Of a stretch of DNA of 64,000 bases, positions 52,700 through 64,000 are shown piece by piece. The DNA is from Lama glama. Taxonomy: Eukaryota. The notes under the pieces were generated by a model. That model worked only from the letters and a program-made list of their open reading frames with translations, made no database searches and had not been told where the DNA came from. Position 1 is the stretch's first letter. Every line of letters begins with the position of its first letter. The stretch covers positions 70,310,001 to 70,374,000 of the forward strand of contig CM052816.1 of NCBI GenBank assembly GCA_028534125.1. The letters are read 5' to 3'. A program made the position numbers and the translations under genes.

Positions 52700-54386
52700 C
52701 TGTAGAAGACGGGGACCTTGTGAAGAATTTTAAGACAAAGATTCATCTTAATCTGTTCAGAGCCCTTTTTCCTCTCTCCCCAAGGGTTCAGAGGTGGGCA
52801 AGACATAAAAGCCGCTCTTCCTACCTCCCGCCAACACTAAGATACTGTCGCCATGGGGTATTTTTCCAAGTTCCCACTTTGAAAATCACTGGATTAAGGT
52901 CTTGAGCTTGACTGTTATGGCATAGACCAAATCTAGGGAGAGGCCGCCACCTATTTCAGTACTATGTTAGTCAACTTCATCAAAATCCTGCTGCCCACTG
53001 CTGTCAGTCTCAGAGGGATTATGTAACCTGAAGAACCTTCTGTCTCTTCTCCTGAAGATGAACTTATGTTAGGATGAACCAAGTCCTGGGCTCATAGGAG
53101 CCAGGATCATGTGTGATATTGACTTTGTGCTTGGCAGGGGTAACAAAGTGATCAGGGTGTTTTTCAGCCACACAAAGTCACACAGCAGCATCTCTGTAAG
53201 CTGAATAGCAGTACTATCTGAGGGTCCTGTGGAGGTCAGCTCCCAGTCACACTGCATAATTCAGCTTCTGAGCCCAAACTTAGCTCTGTGACTGCCACTC
53301 TAGGAAAGTCTTAGAACTGTCTATGCCATGAATGCCTAATAATGCTCTGAAAACCCCACTTCCAAGGGCTGGTGGCCTTTACCTTGATGTTAGATATGAG
53401 ACTGGTGGGAGGATCACATTTCACTCACTGCCCTTCCCATCCCTACCAAGAGGAAGAAGGTGTCTTGATGCTGGGTATTCTGGCCCACCCCCACTCCTCT
53501 CTCCCCAAATCCTGCAGCTGGAACTACTTCTGCTGCATGCTAGGGCTCCACTCCCTGAAGGGGAGGTTATAGTTCCAGTGGTTTTCCAGGAGATGAGGGT
53601 TTGCTCTGGGTTATGACAACAATAGATTCATGGGCATTGGATTGGAACTTGGGTTGTCTGGCCAGGCTGACTATCTACCTCAAGGCTCTAGCATTTTGGA
53701 TATACTTCAGTAACAGTTGGGTTAGTGATCCAGGAGACCACATCTCTTAAGAGAGGTGTGAGGAAAATCCTGAGATGCTAGAACATTTATCATGTGCTCC
53801 CTACACTGTATACTTCAATCTTCACCTTCCTGGCTTGAGGTCCTTGATGTGATATTCTCTTAAGTAAGCTACACCTTCAGCTTCTTTTCAGACTTATGCT
53901 AGCACGAGCTAGGTTCTTCCATTTAGCCCCATGCAACCCCTGTGCCGTGGGTTGTGAATAAGCATGCTGCTTATGAGGAAGTGTATTCTCTTGTGCTGGT
54001 CTCCTTGCCCTTGTTTCCATCATGAATAAAACTGCGATTGACCTGGGGCCCATCTTCAAGGCAAGAAAACATACAGCCTCTTTTAGGCTTTGCAAGTGTA
54101 CTGACCCAAATTCAATATAGTTTCACTGGGCTCCCAACCACTTTTGGGAGAAATGTAGTATTCTGTGTGAAGACAAAGTTTGTGCAGCTCTGTTTCTGGA
54201 AATAGACCATGGCCTAAACATGGTCATACCCTTTAACTGGTGTCAATTTCTCTGATTCCTAAGCTCTTGGATCAGATCTTGGGATGCTCTCCAGAGATTT
54301 TTCATCCTCGTCTAATTTTGGAAAGGTGATAAATGGAAGGTCTTGCAGACATGACTTGTCTAGTATGAGTACACTCTAACACTATG

Positions 54387-54807
54387 TGTGGAGGCTGTGG
54401 TGCCCCACCCAGATTCCCCTTCAGGAATGAAGGATTTATTACCCTAGCTGCTGGGTGTGCTATCAAAATACCCTTTGGCTGTTAGCCTCCTTCAGGTTTG
54501 CCTGGGCTAAAAAAGCCGCCTCTCTTAGTGCCATATCCGCCTCCTAGGGTGGTCCATATTCACTGTGGTGGTGTGATAAAGGCCTTGCCCTTTCTCCCCA
54601 ACTTGGATCGCTAAAGGAGGATCTTGTCTTCAGAATTACCCAAGGAATCAGCTGAGGCTTCTATTGGAACTGTATCCTGGTCAGCTTCTTCCTCTGACCG
54701 ATCTTGTTCTTTTCCACAGGTCTTGATCCCAAGAGCACAACCTATTAACAGCCTATTTGCCAATCTTAGTCGCAGGGTCTGCTTTCCAGAGAACACAAAC
54801 TTCAGTA
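54387..54807 (+). mobile_element. LTR16-type 5' LTR of an ERVL provirus
   Basis: 'tgtggaggctgtggtgccccacccagattccccttcagg...cagcttcttcctctgaccgatc...acaggtcttgatcccaagagcac...gtctgctttccagagaac', followed at once by the PBS-like 'gttagtgccaggagtgctcc'. Confidence 0.8.
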
Positions 54808-57800
54808 GTTAGTGCCAGGAGTGCTCCGAAAAAGCAGGTGCTGAGATGTGATTTTGGAGCTAGGTCACTTACCATGGTCCTGAGCCAGGGACATATGCAT
54901 TGGATATTAATCAAAGGAGAAAGAGCATAGATTTGGAAAAGGGAAGAGTTGTCAATTTGGGGTCCCATTCCTAGGATATAGCATTTAATATCCTGGAGAT
55001 GATGCACACTAGTTATTAGGATGATCCCTAAGAGTGTGGGGAAAGTGATGGCACACTAAATCAGGCAGAAGTGCCAAAACTCATGGGGAAAAAAGAGATT
55101 GAAAGGCTCAGGGAAGTAGGCAAGCTGGAGTGGGTATACCATAAGGCAGAAAACCCACTAAGACTGTGTTGCACAGGAGGGTCCGGAGGATATACCATTT
55201 ACTCAAGCAATAAAGCGTGTGCTGGTGAAAGGAGCTCCAGCATCATTTGGGAGCTCCATCAACAAGGGCCCTTTGTAGGCAGAGAAATGGTAGGAAATAC
55301 CATTACAGAATTAGGCTCAAACTATTAATAGACCAGGTAGATCACTTAACCAGCAGAATTGTAGTGGAAGAAATGACTCTACTGAGGGGTGAGGAGGAAG
55401 GTGGGTAGGTGGGTAATGCTAATCCACAGAAAGTTATGGATACAGTTAAAAGAAGGTGGTGTCCCTAATGACAAATAAAATCAAGGATGGGTGATCAAGA
55501 AACTGGAATCTTGCCCGATTTTCACATATGGGGCAGTTCTGAGAACTAGAATCCATTGACTGAAGAAGAGGTCGGGGCCCCAGGAGGAAGGATTTGCAAC
55601 AGCATAACAAATGTACACAATAATAATTCCCTAGTCCTTCCCAAAGAGACCTACAGCCATTTACTGTGGTGAATATATTCTGGGGAAAGATTAATACACA
55701 TACATTTTGAAGACTTCTGGATACAGGTTCTGAGCTGACATTGGTATCTGGTAATCTGATGTGACTTTAAGGGCTCTGGTTAAAGTGGGGGCATGTAAGG
55801 GGCAGGTGATAAATGGAGACCTGGTCCACCTCTGGTTCCCTGTGGGTCTAACAGATCCATGGACTATTCTGTGGCCATTTCCCTGGTCCCAAATGCATAA
55901 CTGAAATAAGCAAATTGGTAGCTGACACAACCCACTTTGATTCCTGGGCATCTGGTGTAAGAGCTGTTATAGTGGGAAAAGCCAAGTAGAGCCTCTGAAA
56001 CTACCTTGGCTTAAGCCAAGAGAGTAAATCAAAAACAATATATTATCTGGGGGTTATAACAGAAACCAGTGCCACCCTTAAAAAATCTAAAAGGAGCATG
56101 GGTAATGGTTCCCATCATATCTCTATTTAATGCAGGAGTCTGGCTCCTGCAAAAATCAGACAGATCCCTAGAGGTTAACCATGAAATCTACCAAATAGTA
56201 GCCCTTATTAAGGCAATATACTGGATGTATTCTCTTTGCTAGAGCAGATTAACACAAATCCAGGAACATAATTTGCCATTGGTTTTGTGAATGCATTATT
56301 TTTTTATCTCCATCAGAAGAGAGGTTCAGAATCATTGTGTATTTATTTAGAACAAACCATAATATACATCTTCAGTCTTGCCTCAGGGCTTTATCAATTC
56401 TCCTGACCTTCATCATAATATAGTCTAAAAAGACCTGGGTTTACTAGACATCCTGCAGAATATCACATCAAGGACATCAAGCTAATCAGACTGCATGAGT
56501 ACAAAATGGAAGTACACTGAAGGCCTTGGTAAGATACATGCACTCCAGAGGGAGGGAGATGAAACTTAACAAAATTTCAGGGGCCAACCACCATTTTAGG
56601 TGGCTAGTGGTCTGGGGCATGCTGGGGCATCCCCTTCAAAGTCAAGGCCATATTATTGTTTTTTAATTTAATTTAATTTTTAAATTGCAATACAGTTGAT
56701 TTACAATGTTTCAGGTGTACAGTAAAGTGATTAAATTATATACACATATGTATTATTTTTCAGATTATTTTCCATTATAGGTTATTACAAGATATTGACT
56801 ATAATTCCCTGTGCTATTCAGTAGGTCTTTGCTTTTTATCTATTTTATATATAGTAGTGTGTATCTTTCAATCCCAAATTTCTAAATTATCCTCCCCCCT
56901 TTCTCCTTTGGTAACCATAAATAAGTTTGTTTTCTATGTCTGTGAGTCTATTTCTGCTTTGCAAATAAGTTCATTTTTGTCATTTTTTTGGATTCCACAT
57001 TTAAGTAATGTCATATGATATTTGTCTTTCTCTGACTTACTTCACTTAGCATGACAATCTCTAGGTCCATCCATGTTGCTGCAAATGGCATTATTTCATT
57101 CTTTTTTATGGCTCAGTAATGTTCCATTGTATATATGTGCCATATCTTCTTTATCCATTCATCTGTTGGTGGACATTTGGGTTGCTTCTTTATCTTGGCT
57201 ATTATAAATAGTGCTGTTGTGAACGTTGGGGTACATATATCCTTTCAAATTTGAGTTTTCATCTTTTTTGGATATATGCCCAGGAGTGGGAGTGCTGGAT
57301 ATATGGTAACTCTATTTTTAGTTTTTCAAGGAACCTCCATACTGTTCTTCATAGTGGGTGCACCAATTTACATTCCCACCAACAGTGTAAAAGGGTTCAC
57401 TTTTCTCCACTCCCTCTCCAGCATTTATTATTTGTGGAGTTTTTGATTATGGCCATTCTGACTAGTGTGAGGTGATACCTCATTGTAATTTTGATTTTTA
57501 ATAATTAATGATCTTGAGCATCTTTTCATGTGCCTGTTGGATATCTGTATGTCTTCTTTGGAGAAATGTCTATTTAGGTCTTCTGCCCATTTCTTGATTT
57601 TTTTTAATTGAGCTGTATAAGCTGATTATTTTGGAAATTAATCCATTCTTAGTTGCATTGTATGCGAATATTTTCTCCCATTTCATAGGCTGTATTTTCA
57701 TTTTATTTATGGTTTCCTTTGCTGTGCAAAAGCTTTTAAGTTTAATTAGGTCCCATTTGTTTATTTTTGCTTTTTTTCCCATTACACTAGGAGACAGATC

Positions 57801-60075
57801 CAAAAAAATATGGCTGCAATTTATGTTAAAGAGTGTTCTGCCTATGATTTCCTCTAGGAATTTTATAGTATCAGATCTTACACTTGGGTTTTTAATTAAT
57901 TTTGAGTTTATTTTTGTATACGATGCTATAGAATATTCTAATTTCATTCTTTTACATGTAGGTGTCCAGTTTTCCCAGCATCACTTATTGAAGAGACTGT
58001 TTCTTCTCCATTGTATATTCTTGCCTCCTTTGTCATAGATTAATTGACCATAAGTGCGTGCATTTACTTCTGGGCTTTCTATCCTGTTCCATTGATACGT
58101 GTGTCTGTTTTATGCCAGTACCATGCTGTTTTGATTACTGTAGCTTTGTAATATAGTCTGAAGTCAGAGATGATTCCTCCAGCTCTGTACTTCTTTCTTG
58201 AGATTGTTTTGGCTGCTCAGGGTCTTTTGTGTTTCTATAAAAATTTAAAAAAAAATTTGTTCCAGTTCTGTGAAAAATTCCATTAGTAGTTTGATAGGGA
58301 TTACATTGCATCTGTAGATTGCCTTGGGTAGCATGGTCATTTTAATGATATTAATTCTTCCAATTCAAGATCACAGTATATCTTTCCATCTGTTTGTGTT
58401 GTCTTTAATTTCTTTCATTGGTGTCTTATATTTTTTGGAGTATAGGTCTTTTGCCTCTTCATATAGGTTTATTCCTAGGTATTTTGTTATTTTTGATGTG
58501 ATAGTAAATGGGGTTGTTTCTTTCATTTTCCTTTCTGATATTTATTTGTTAGTGTTTAGAAAAGCAACAGATTTCTGTGTATTAATCTGTAATTAATTTT
58601 GTGTCCTGCAAATTTACCAAATTCATTGTTGAGCTCTAGTAGTTTTCTGGTGGTGCCTTTAGGATTTCCATGTATAGTATCATGTCATCTGCAAACAATG
58701 ACAGTTTTGCTTCTTCCTTTCCAATTTGGATTACTTTTTATTCCTTTTCTCCTCTGATTTCTGTGGCTATGACCCCAAAATTATGTTGAATAAAGTGGCA
58801 GGATGGACATCCTTGTTTTGTTCCTGATCTTAGAGGGAATGCAAAGCCACATTGTTGATTTTTATACCTCCTACCCCATTGGCAATCCCATACCTTTTAA
58901 TACTGCTCCAACTAATATAGTGGGTGACAAAAAGACTGCCAGATTTGAGAGGGATCCTGAGCAGGAAGTGACTTTGCATCAGTTCCAGGATGCAAAGCAA
59001 GCAGATCTACTGCTCTAACCGTATGATCTATAAGACCCTGTTAGTGAAGTATAGCTGGTGGGAAAAGATACTGTATAGAGTTTATGACGAGTTTCAGAAG
59101 GGAACTCAATACAAATCTCGTCAGTTTTAGGGTAAAGTTATGCCATCTGCAGTGTAAAATTGTATACCTTTCAAAAAACAACTTCAGGTGTGCTATTAGA
59201 CCCTAGCAGAGACAGAGCACATGACTATGGGACCTCAAATAACCACGTCACCAGAACTACTCTCATGAGTATTATCAAATCTATCAAACCCAAAAGTCAA
59301 GTGAGTCCTGTATTAATTAGTCTTGAGATGGAAGTGGTACCCCGAAGATAAAGCACAAATAGGACCAGTACAGGAAATGCAAGCATGTGAGCAGGTAGCC
59401 GAGACCCCTGTGTCATCTACCACTGTTACACTTACGCCTTTCTTGGTTTACACCTATGGGAGAATCCTTTATGACCAGGAAAAGAAGGAGAATAAAAGCC
59501 CAAGCTTGGTTCATGGATAAATCAGGTTAGAAATGTGAGTATAAGCCAAAAATGGGTGATGGCTGCGCTGTAGCTTTGCTCGGGTGTGGCTTTGAGAATC
59601 AGTGGTAAAGGGAAATCTCTGTAATGAACAGAGCTTTAGGCAGCAGGCCCAGTCGTCTACCTCGTGTAGAAGGAGAAGTAGTCTGCGTTAGAATATACAC
59701 AGTATAAATAGACTTCCTGGCAGTCCCAATGGTTTGGCTCAGTCTGTGGGAACCTGGAAATGGGAAAATTTTCAGCTAGAGACAAGTGGAGCTATGGGAG
59801 TGGACATGAAGAGTGAATATGTTTGTATATCATGTTAATATCCATCAGAGAGCATCTCTCAGAGAAGAGGCACTAAACTATCAGGTAATCAAAAGGACCT
59901 GGCAGTGGACATCAGCCAGACTCTGCCATTGGCCACCTCATTGCTGTCATAAAGGACACATGAATTTAGTAGCCATATTGGCAAGGATGGACGCTATTCA
60001 TGGGCCCAACATGAGCTCTCAAAGCTGAACTAACTACTCCTGCTAGCTAATGCTGAATCCCCAGTGGATTGTTAG
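54808..60075 (+). mobile_element. Degenerate ERVL internal region (gag-pro-pol; HERV16/ERV3-16A3-like), no 3' LTR seen
   Basis: Protease motif LDTGSELTL (55717-55743), RT motif VLPQGFINSP (56375-56404), IPFKVK.. at the L1 junction, and RNase H-region FVYHVNIHQRASLREEALNYQV (ORF 59813). Many stops and frameshifts. Confidence 0.85.
56659..58841 (-). mobile_element. 5'-truncated LINE-1 (2.2 kb) inserted into the ERVL RT
   Basis: Minus-strand ORF 57570-57947 is L1 ORF2 (KINKWDLIKLKSFCTAKETIN). T-rich tail at ~56659. Degenerate TSD caaggccatattattg (56643-56658) / caaagccacattgttg (58842-58857). Confidence 0.95.
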
Positions 60076-60077
60076 AT

Positions 60078-61200
60078 GTCTGGGTCTGAAACCTAGGAAA
60101 GAAGGGTAGGTTGGTGGTATACCTTGATAGGTACTTGTTGGGATGAGATTAGTGTGTCATGCTTTGAGCAGGAGGAGTGAAAATGGTAAAGCCTGGGGAG
60201 TAACAGCAGTTAAAGGGCAGGCAAAGGAAGATAAATTTTAAAGGGAGGTTGAAAGGAGGAGTTAGATAAAAGAAAAATAAAAAGGAGCCAAAGGAGGAGA
60301 GCTTTAAAAAGAAAAACAGATACCGGCAGGTTAGGTAAAGTGGGGATTAGAAAATATCCATTGCTTTTAGCAACAAAGACGATATTAAAAAAAAATTGGC
60401 TAGAGCAATTTCAGAGTAAACTAGAGGACAGGGAAGTTGAGATGTGACTGGGAATTGAAGAAAGGAATACAATGAGTGTTAGCTGAATTATAGTTAGCAT
60501 CATACTAGTATGGGAAAAGAACAGATAAGGTGGTACATAAAGAGGAAAGTAGTAAGGATTTAAAATAACTGCTATGGAAAAATAAGAAAGAAAGCCAACC
60601 ATATGCACATATAAAGATCATTAAGTAGGGCTGAAGCCGAGCCAAAGTTGAAGTCCACACATCTGCACTGGCACCAATCAATTTGATTTATATGGTTTTT
60701 CTCTGGGGGTGCTCGGCTTCCAGGGGATGGGGGTCCAGAATGCATATGGTTAGATTGGCCTAAGAACTGATATAAAGCTAAAAGTTTTCCTAGTGAGTGT
60801 AATGGAAAAAAATTGGGCCAGAATGTTCACGATGCTGGCAAGTGAGATTATAGTGTGATTTGTTGTGGTGGAAAGAAAGGGTGGGAAGCCATGAGGAAGT
60901 GATGGTCTAGGAAGAAAAGGGAAGCCCCTGATATCTAAGACCAAGAGCTCTAGAACCTAGGCAGCGAAAGAGTTGGGAGGGATGAGAGGCTGTGGGCAGA
61001 TACTGATATACTGGAGTTTATGCTGTCATAGGACATTCACTTCCAGCTGATGGTAGTGTCTACCTGAGGCAACAGCACACAGTGAAGAAGAGTCTCTTGT
61101 GGATCACCAGCCTGGGTAGTCAATGACCAAAGTACAACTAATTTGAAAACTATTAAAAGGATGTCAACAGAAGTTGAATAAGTCTTCAGCATAGATGGTG
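60078..61200 (-). mobile_element. L2 LINE relic
   Basis: Purine-rich L2-like sequence 'agaaaatatccattgcttttagcaacaaag...gagcaatttcag' and 'gttgaagtccacacatctgcactggcaccaatc'. Confidence 0.5.
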
Positions 61201-62071
61201 ATAACACCCAGATGATAGCAATTGAGCTTTGAGCATCCCAGCAGCTAAGGCACAATGGGGAATCCATCAGGTTGTTTAGTTCTTATCTTATTTTAAAAAG
61301 TATCATACTGATCCAAAGAGATGCTGTTCTCGAAAGAATGCATTTGGTGGATAACTCAGATGAAGCCGATGACATTTTCCAGAAGCAGCTCCTGAGCTCT
61401 GTAACAGGTCAGGACAGTACCACTACTACCCTCACCATGCCCAGCAACTAAGAATACACTAATCTTCTTTTCTAGCTATTCAAAGTGCAGAATTGTCATT
61501 TTCCATAATTCCCCAAAGACGACAGTAGAGGTGTGCAGGTGAGATGCCAGTAGTTATTCAGATGTCATCAAGAGCCTCCCTGTTGCTTGAACCTTTGAAA
61601 TTCCATGATCTCTGAGAATTTTAAGCCTTTCAAGAGTGCCTGCTAATTCATAGGTGGTTTCTATTTCCTAAGCTTCCCTTAACTCTTAGATTTTTCACTC
61701 ACCACTTTTATCTGGCACCATAATGACCTCTAAGTGAAATTCAGTTCTTTCTGTAGTTTTCACTATTAAGATGACCACAAAGAAATTACTCAAATTAATA
61801 ATTCTTTCTAAGGAGTCAAAACTTATAACACATCATATAATGGATGGAAAACCAAGACATAGCACAGAGAATGCCTTTCCAAGACAACCAAGCCATGGCC
61901 TAAATAAAACTTTGTCAACTGTAAAATTTCATGTTTCTGAACTCTGAACTCTAAAACTTTATCATAGCCATAATGATATCCAAATTTGTCCATAGTTTCT
62001 TTTTGTTTTCTTTGTCATATGTATATCTATTAGCTTATCTCCCTCTTTTTAAAGTTCTGTTTCTTAAAATC

Positions 62072-62182
62072 GTTTTTAAAATTTTTATACAATTTTAAAG
62101 GTTACTTTCCATTTACAATTATTATTATTATTATTATAATTATTATAATTATTACAATTATTACAGAATATTGGCTGTATTC
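62072..62182 (-). mobile_element. LINE-1 3' tail fragment with an (ATT)n expansion
   Basis: 'ttttaaaggttactttccatttacaattatt(att)n...acagaatattggctgtattc'. Confidence 0.7.
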
Positions 62183-62237
62183 ACAAATGGGAACCTCCTT
62201 CTCTGTAAGTAGGAATTTGAACTTACTGATTGAAGGA

Positions 62238-62284
62238 ATATATATATATATTATAATATATATATATATAAATAAATATATATA
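62238..62284. repeat. (TA)n microsatellite
   Basis: Directly visible in the sequence. Confidence 0.9.
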
Positions 62285-64000
62285 GTTTTGTCAATAAGAG
62301 GGCAATTTACAAACCTGCCATTTTTACCATTCTCCTGTCTAGCCTAAATAAATAAGAGAGGGATGGACTGAGTATGCTGTGTATGGGCATAATAAAAAAC
62401 TCCTATGGCACAAGAGAACTTCATCATATAAAGTAATTGTAGCTATTATCCTTAGAGGAACTAGGAAGGGGCAAATGAGTTGTCACTGTTTGATTCTGTC
62501 AGTTCTGTAACATAAATAATCTTCTTGATACAGTTTACAGAGTGGCACACTGTGCATGGAGAGTGGTGGTGTTTCTTCTGTGTATCAGGATGGATGACCA
62601 TATGAAAGATGCTGTGATAAAGGGAAAATCTTCCTGTTACTAAGTGCATATACTTTCAACTCTTACCCTATTCATATTCAACCCAAACAAATCAGTAGTA
62701 CTCTTATTAACTTACATAGGTGGATATTATTTGGCAAATTATGAAACAGTTTGTTACACTTTTTTAAAAGTCAGTAACACAACATCTGATTCTTTTTAAC
62801 AAAAAGTTTCTCCCCTTGAATACTTTCATTAACTTTGTCTGTGGATTATAACCAGTTGTTATTTCCATTGAATAACCCAACTTTTCTAGTTTCTGGTTCC
62901 ACGAACTGGAGCCCAGTAGACTTAATTACATTTAAAGATCACTTAAGTGGCCGAACTTTGCCTTAGCTTGAAGATGTGAGTTTAACTGTGACTTGCTATG
63001 CATTAGCTGCCTATTGTACCGTAGGAATGTTCGGCTGTGTGTGCACGTGAAAAATAATGGAACTGGGTCCAAAAGAATACCCAGTGGATTCTCAAATCAT
63101 TAGTTTTGGATTAGGTCTTTACTTTGGCAACATGTGTACAAATAAACAAGCATGACTGAAATTAATTTATTGCATTCAAGAGACATCTGTAATTCTGCAG
63201 TTACTCGGCGAGAAAGAATTAAACAATTTCAGCTTTGACCATTTCCTTTCTTATTCTAGCTAAACAAACCTCGCCTTCCCAAATTAGTCAGATCTTCTCT
63301 TCCAAATGATAGGAAAACAAAGGGCCTCATAAGTAAACCTTCGTTTTTATCTATTTTAATACATATAAAAACACAAGGATGACATTAAAATGTCATGAAA
63401 AGCCAGCTTAGATACAAATTAAAGACTAATGCTTGTCACTTCAAGTGGATCTGGGGCATCTGTGCCAAAGTGTTGTAGCACATACCATGTGAGAGAACAG
63501 GAACTGAGCTCATCTTTTCCAGTTCTGAAATATGAAGCTGGGGTACACATCACTTCTGAATATCTCATGGATCCTGGAAAGGTATATTCAACAGCACTTT
63601 ATTTCAAAAGTTTTTTTTTTCCCATTTTGTTTTCCTTCCTTTTAAGAAAGGAGGAAAACTGTGACTAAAGGAAGGCAAAAGATACAGTCTATGAAATTGT
63701 CACAGTGCCCTCTGTCTCATTAGGAGCACTCTCAGCAAAGCTGAAGGGCTGGCCAGAGGGGTCAGCCTCTTCTGACCAAGGAAATGTAACCAAAGGCCAG
63801 GGGGATCAGAAATAAATCAGAGTGAATGACAATCCTGTTCTAATAAGTGACCAACATAATGTTCAAGGGTATTTACTGTGGACTAAGAAAGAAGAGTCTT
63901 GGGATTTCTGTCAAGGTCAGAAGACTTTTTAATATCAAGTGATTAACTGGGAAAATGTTTATGAGTGCCAATATGTGTAATTGGAAGGCCTATAGGAAGA

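Noticed and set aside
57570..58596. Long ORFs on both strands
   Set aside because: These are L1 ORF2 remnants and their antisense shadows, not genes.
61300..61410. Exon-like open stretch (IILIQRDAVLERMHLVDNSDEADDIFQKQLLSSVT)
   Set aside because: Weak acceptor and unrecognised peptide. It may be chance or a LINE endonuclease relic.
1..64000. Prokaryote-type systems (CRISPR arrays, operons, defence islands), tRNA or rRNA genes
   Set aside because: The sequence is clearly mammalian. I saw no regularly spaced repeat-spacer array and no structural RNA gene.

Overview
This is AT-rich, repeat-dense mammalian non-coding DNA (intergenic or deep intron). The L1 3' ends are cetartiodactyl-type, and I saw no Bov-tA, PRE-1 or CHR SINEs, which suggests a camelid; that is an inference. 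I can support no intact protein-coding gene, RNA gene or CpG island. The supplied ORFs are chance frames or decayed L1/ERV sequence. Recognisable content: (1) a ~570-bp insert bounded by a target-site duplication (TSD) at 10928-11497, carrying a disabled cTAGE5/MIA2-like N-terminal reading frame on +, while its poly(A) tail is on the - strand; (2) a degenerate ERVL (LTR16/HERV16-like) provirus at ~54387-60075 whose reverse transcriptase (RT) is split by a 2.2-kb antisense L1; (3) many L1 3' fragments with TSDs, MaLR and ERVL solo LTRs, hAT MITEs, and MIR, L2 and CR1/L3 relics; (4) two isolated perfect inverted repeats with 19-bp and 18-bp arms. Repeat subfamily names come from recalled consensus sequences, not a RepeatMasker run, and boundaries are approximate unless TSDs are quoted.
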